The notes under the pieces are model-generated. The model saw nothing but the letters and a program-made list of their open reading frames with translations, made no database searches and had not been told where the DNA came from. Of a stretch of DNA of 64,000 nt, positions 60,501 through 64,000 are shown piece after piece; position 1 is the stretch's first letter; each line of letters starts with the position of its first letter. The stretch is from contig OZ024745.1 in the NCBI GenBank assembly GCA_964016885.1, positions 8,928,001 through 8,992,000 of the forward strand. Reading direction: 5' to 3'. The position numbers and the translations under genes are program-made. The DNA is from Eledone cirrhosa. Lineage: Eukaryota.

Positions 60501-63500
60501 AAGTTAGTGTCACCATATGTAATATAGTTAGTGTCAGGTTAGTGTCATCATATGTAATATAGTTAGTGTCAAGTTAGTGTCATCATATGTAATATAGTTA
60601 TTTTGAAGTTAGTGTCACCATATGTAATATAGTTAGTGTCATCATATGTAACATAGTATCAAGTTAGTGTCATCATATGTAATATAGTTAGTGTCAAGTT
60701 AATGTCATCATATGTAATATAGTTAGTGTCAAGTTAATGTCATCATATGTAATATAGTGTCAAGTTAGTGTCACTATATGTAATATAGGATCAAGTTAGT
60801 GTCACCATATGTAATATAGTGTCAAGTTAGTGTCATCATATGTAATATAGTTAGTGTCATCATATGTAATATAGTGTCAAGTTAGTGTCACAATATGTAA
60901 TATAGTTAGTGTCAGGTTAGTGTCATAATATGTAATATAGTTAGTGGCAAGTTAGTGTCATCATATATAATATAGTTAGTGTCAAGTTAGTGTCATCATA
61001 TGTAATATAGTTAGAGTCAAGTTAGTGTCACTATATGTAATATAGTTAGTGTCAATTTAGTGTCATCATATATAATATAGTTAGTGTCAAGTTAGTGTCA
61101 TCATATGTAATATAGTTAGTGTCAAGTTAGTGTCATCATATGTAATATAGTGTCAAGTTAGTGTCATCATATGTAATATATTGTGAAGTTAGTGTCATCA
61201 TATGTAATATAGTGTCAAGTTAGTGTCATCATATGTAATATAGTTAGTGTCAAGTTAGTGTCAAGTTAGTGTCATCATATGTAATATAGTTAGTGTCATC
61301 ATATGCAATATAGTGTTAAGTTAGTGTCATCATATGTAATATAGTGTCAAGTTAGTGTCATCATATGTAATATAGTTAGTGTCATCATATGTAATATAGT
61401 GTCAAGTTAGTGTCACCATATGTAATATAGTTAGTGTCAAGTTAATGTCATCATATGTAATATAGTGTCAGGTTAGTGTCATCATATGTAATATAGTGTC
61501 AAGTTAGTGTCATCATATGTAATTTAGTGTCAAGTTAGTGTCACCATATGTAATATAGTTAGTGTCAGGTTAGTGTCATCATATGTAATATAGTATCAAG
61601 TTAGTGTCATCATATGTAATATAGTTAGTGCCAAGTTAATGTCATCATATGTAATATAGTGTCAAGTTAGTGTCACCATATGTAATATAGTTAGTGTCAA
61701 GTTAATGTCATCATATGTAATATAGTGTCAGGTTAGTGTCATCATATGTAATATAGTGTCAAGTTAGTGTCATCATATGTAATTTAGTGTCAGGTTAGTG
61801 TCACCATATGTAATATAGTGTCAGGTTAGTGTCATCATATGTAATATAGTGTCAAGTTAGTGTCATCATATGTAATATAGTGTCAGGTTAGTGTCATCAT
61901 ATGTTATATAGTGTCAAGTTAGTGTCACTATATGTAATATAGTGTCAAGTTAGTGTAACCATATGTAATATAGTGTCAAGTTAGTGTCATCATATGTAAT
62001 ATAGTGTCCAGTTAGTGTCATCATATGTAATATAGTGTCAAGTTAGTGTCACTATATGTAATATAGGGTCAAGTTAGTGTCACCATATGTAATATAGTGT
62101 CAAGTTTGTGTCATCATATGTAATATAGTGTCAAGTTACTGTCACTATATGTAATATAGTGTCAAGTTAGTGTAACCATATGTAATATAGTGTCAAGTTA
62201 GTGACATCATATGTAATATAGTGTCAAGTTAGTGTCATCATATGTAATATAGGGTCAAGTTAGTGTCATCATATGTAATATAGTGTCAAGTTAGTGTCAC
62301 TATATGTAATATAGTGTCAAGTTAGTGTCACCATATGTAATATAGTGTCAAGTTAGTGTCATAATATGTAATATAGTGTCAAGTTAGTGTCACTATATGT
62401 AATATAGTGTCAAGTTAGTGTCACCATATGTAATATAGTGTCAAGTCAGTGTCATCATGTGTAATATAGTGTGAAGTTAGTGTCAGCATATGTAATATAG
62501 GGTCAAGTTAGTGTCATCATAAATAATATAGTGTCAGTTTAGTGTCATCATATGTAATATAGTTAGTGTCATCATATGTAATACAGTTAGTGTCATCATA
62601 TGTAATATAGTTAGTGTCAAGTTAGTGTCATCATATGTAATAGAGTATCAAGTTAGTGTCATCATATGTAATATAGTGTAAAGTTAGTGTCACCATATGT
62701 AATATAGTTAGTGTCAGGTTAGTGTCATAATATGTAATATAGTTAGTGTCAAGTTAGTGTCATCATATGTAATATAGTGTCAGGTTAGTGTCATCATATG
62801 TAATATAGTGTCAAGTTAGTGTCATAATATGAAATTTAGTGTCAAGTTAGTGTCACCATATGTAATATAGTTAGTGTCAGGTTAGTGTCATAATATGTAA
62901 TATAGTTAGTGTCAAGTTAGTGTCATCATATGTAATATAGGGTCAAGTTAGTGTCATCATATGTAATATAGTGTCAAGTTAGTGTCATCATATGTAATAT
63001 AGGGTCAAGTTAGTTTCATCATATGTAATATAGTGTCAAGTTAGTGTCACTATATGTAATATAGTGTCAAGTAGGTGTCACCATATGTAATATAGTGTCG
63101 AGTTAGTGTCATCATATGTAATATAGTGTCAAGTTAGTGTCATCATATGTAATATAGGGTCAAGTTAGTGTCATCATATGTAATATAGTGTCAAGTTAGT
63201 GTCACTATATGTAATATAGTGTCAGGTTAGTGTCATCATATGTAATATAGGGTCAAGTTAGTGTCATCATATGTAATATAGTGTCAAGTTAGTGTCACTA
63301 TATGTAATATAGTGTCAAGTTAGTGTCACCATATGTAATATAGTGTCAAGTTAGTGTCATCATATGTAATATAGTGTCAAGTTAGTGTCATCATATGTAA
63401 TATAGGGTCAAGTTAGTGTCATCATGTGTAATATAGTGTCAAGTTAGTGTCATCATATGTAATATAGGGTCCAGTTAGTGTCATCATATGTAATATAGTG

Positions 63501-64000
63501 TCAAGTTAGTGTCACTATATGTAATATAGTGTCAAGTTAGTGTCACCATATGTAATATAGTGTCACGTTAGTGTCATCATATGTAATATGGTGTCAATTT
63601 AGTGTCATTATATGTAATATAGTCTCAAGTTAGTGTCATCATATGTAATATAGTTAGTGTTAAGTTAGTGTCATCATATGTAATATAGTGTCAAGATAGT
63701 GTCATCATATGTAATATAGTTAGTGCCATCATATGTAATATAGTATCAAGTTAGTGTCATCATAAATAATATAGTGTCAGGTTACTGTCATCATATGTAA
63801 TATAGTTAGTGTCATCATATGTAATATAGTTAGTGTCAAGTTAGTGTCATCATATGTAATAGAGTATCAAGTTAGTGTCATCATATGTAACATAGTGTTA
63901 AGTTAGTGTCATCATATGTAATATAGTGTCAAGTTAGTTTCATCATATGTAATATAGTTAGTGTCATCATATGTAATATAGTTAGTGTCATCATATGTAA
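54550..64000. repeat. AT-rich satellite with 31-bp unit AGTTAGTGTCATCATATGTAATATAGTGTCA and 35-bp and 24-bp variants; runs off the window
   Basis: Directly visible tandem array of about 9.4 kb. Confidence 0.97.

Overview
Eukaryotic, AT-rich, repeat-saturated DNA. The microsatellite load and SINE types suggest a cephalopod such as Octopus (inference). I found no host protein-coding exon I can support. Main contents: (1) a head-to-tail array of four Tx1-clade non-LTR retrotransposon copies at 24.8-38.0 kb, each flanked by TATC/TATCTCYC simple repeats, with only the last copy retaining an intact 1145-aa APE-RT-zinc-knuckle ORF2; (2) a full-length but inactivated Tigger/pogo DNA transposon at 39951-42754, carrying a nested fold-back MITE with TTAGGG repeats, plus a second internally deleted pogo element; (3) degraded RTE-clade LINE fragments, one with a twin-priming-type 5' inversion; (4) tRNA-derived SINEs and Helitron-like ends; (5) more than a dozen minimal type I hammerhead-ribozyme motifs from many different families, found by eye. 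These mostly lie next to (TA)n tracts and often inside fold-back inverted repeats, consistent with Penelope-like element or retrozyme termini, and several carry non-canonical catalytic cores; (6) large satellite blocks at 45.7-54.0 kb and 54.55-64 kb. Most ORFs in the supplied track are microsatellite artefacts.
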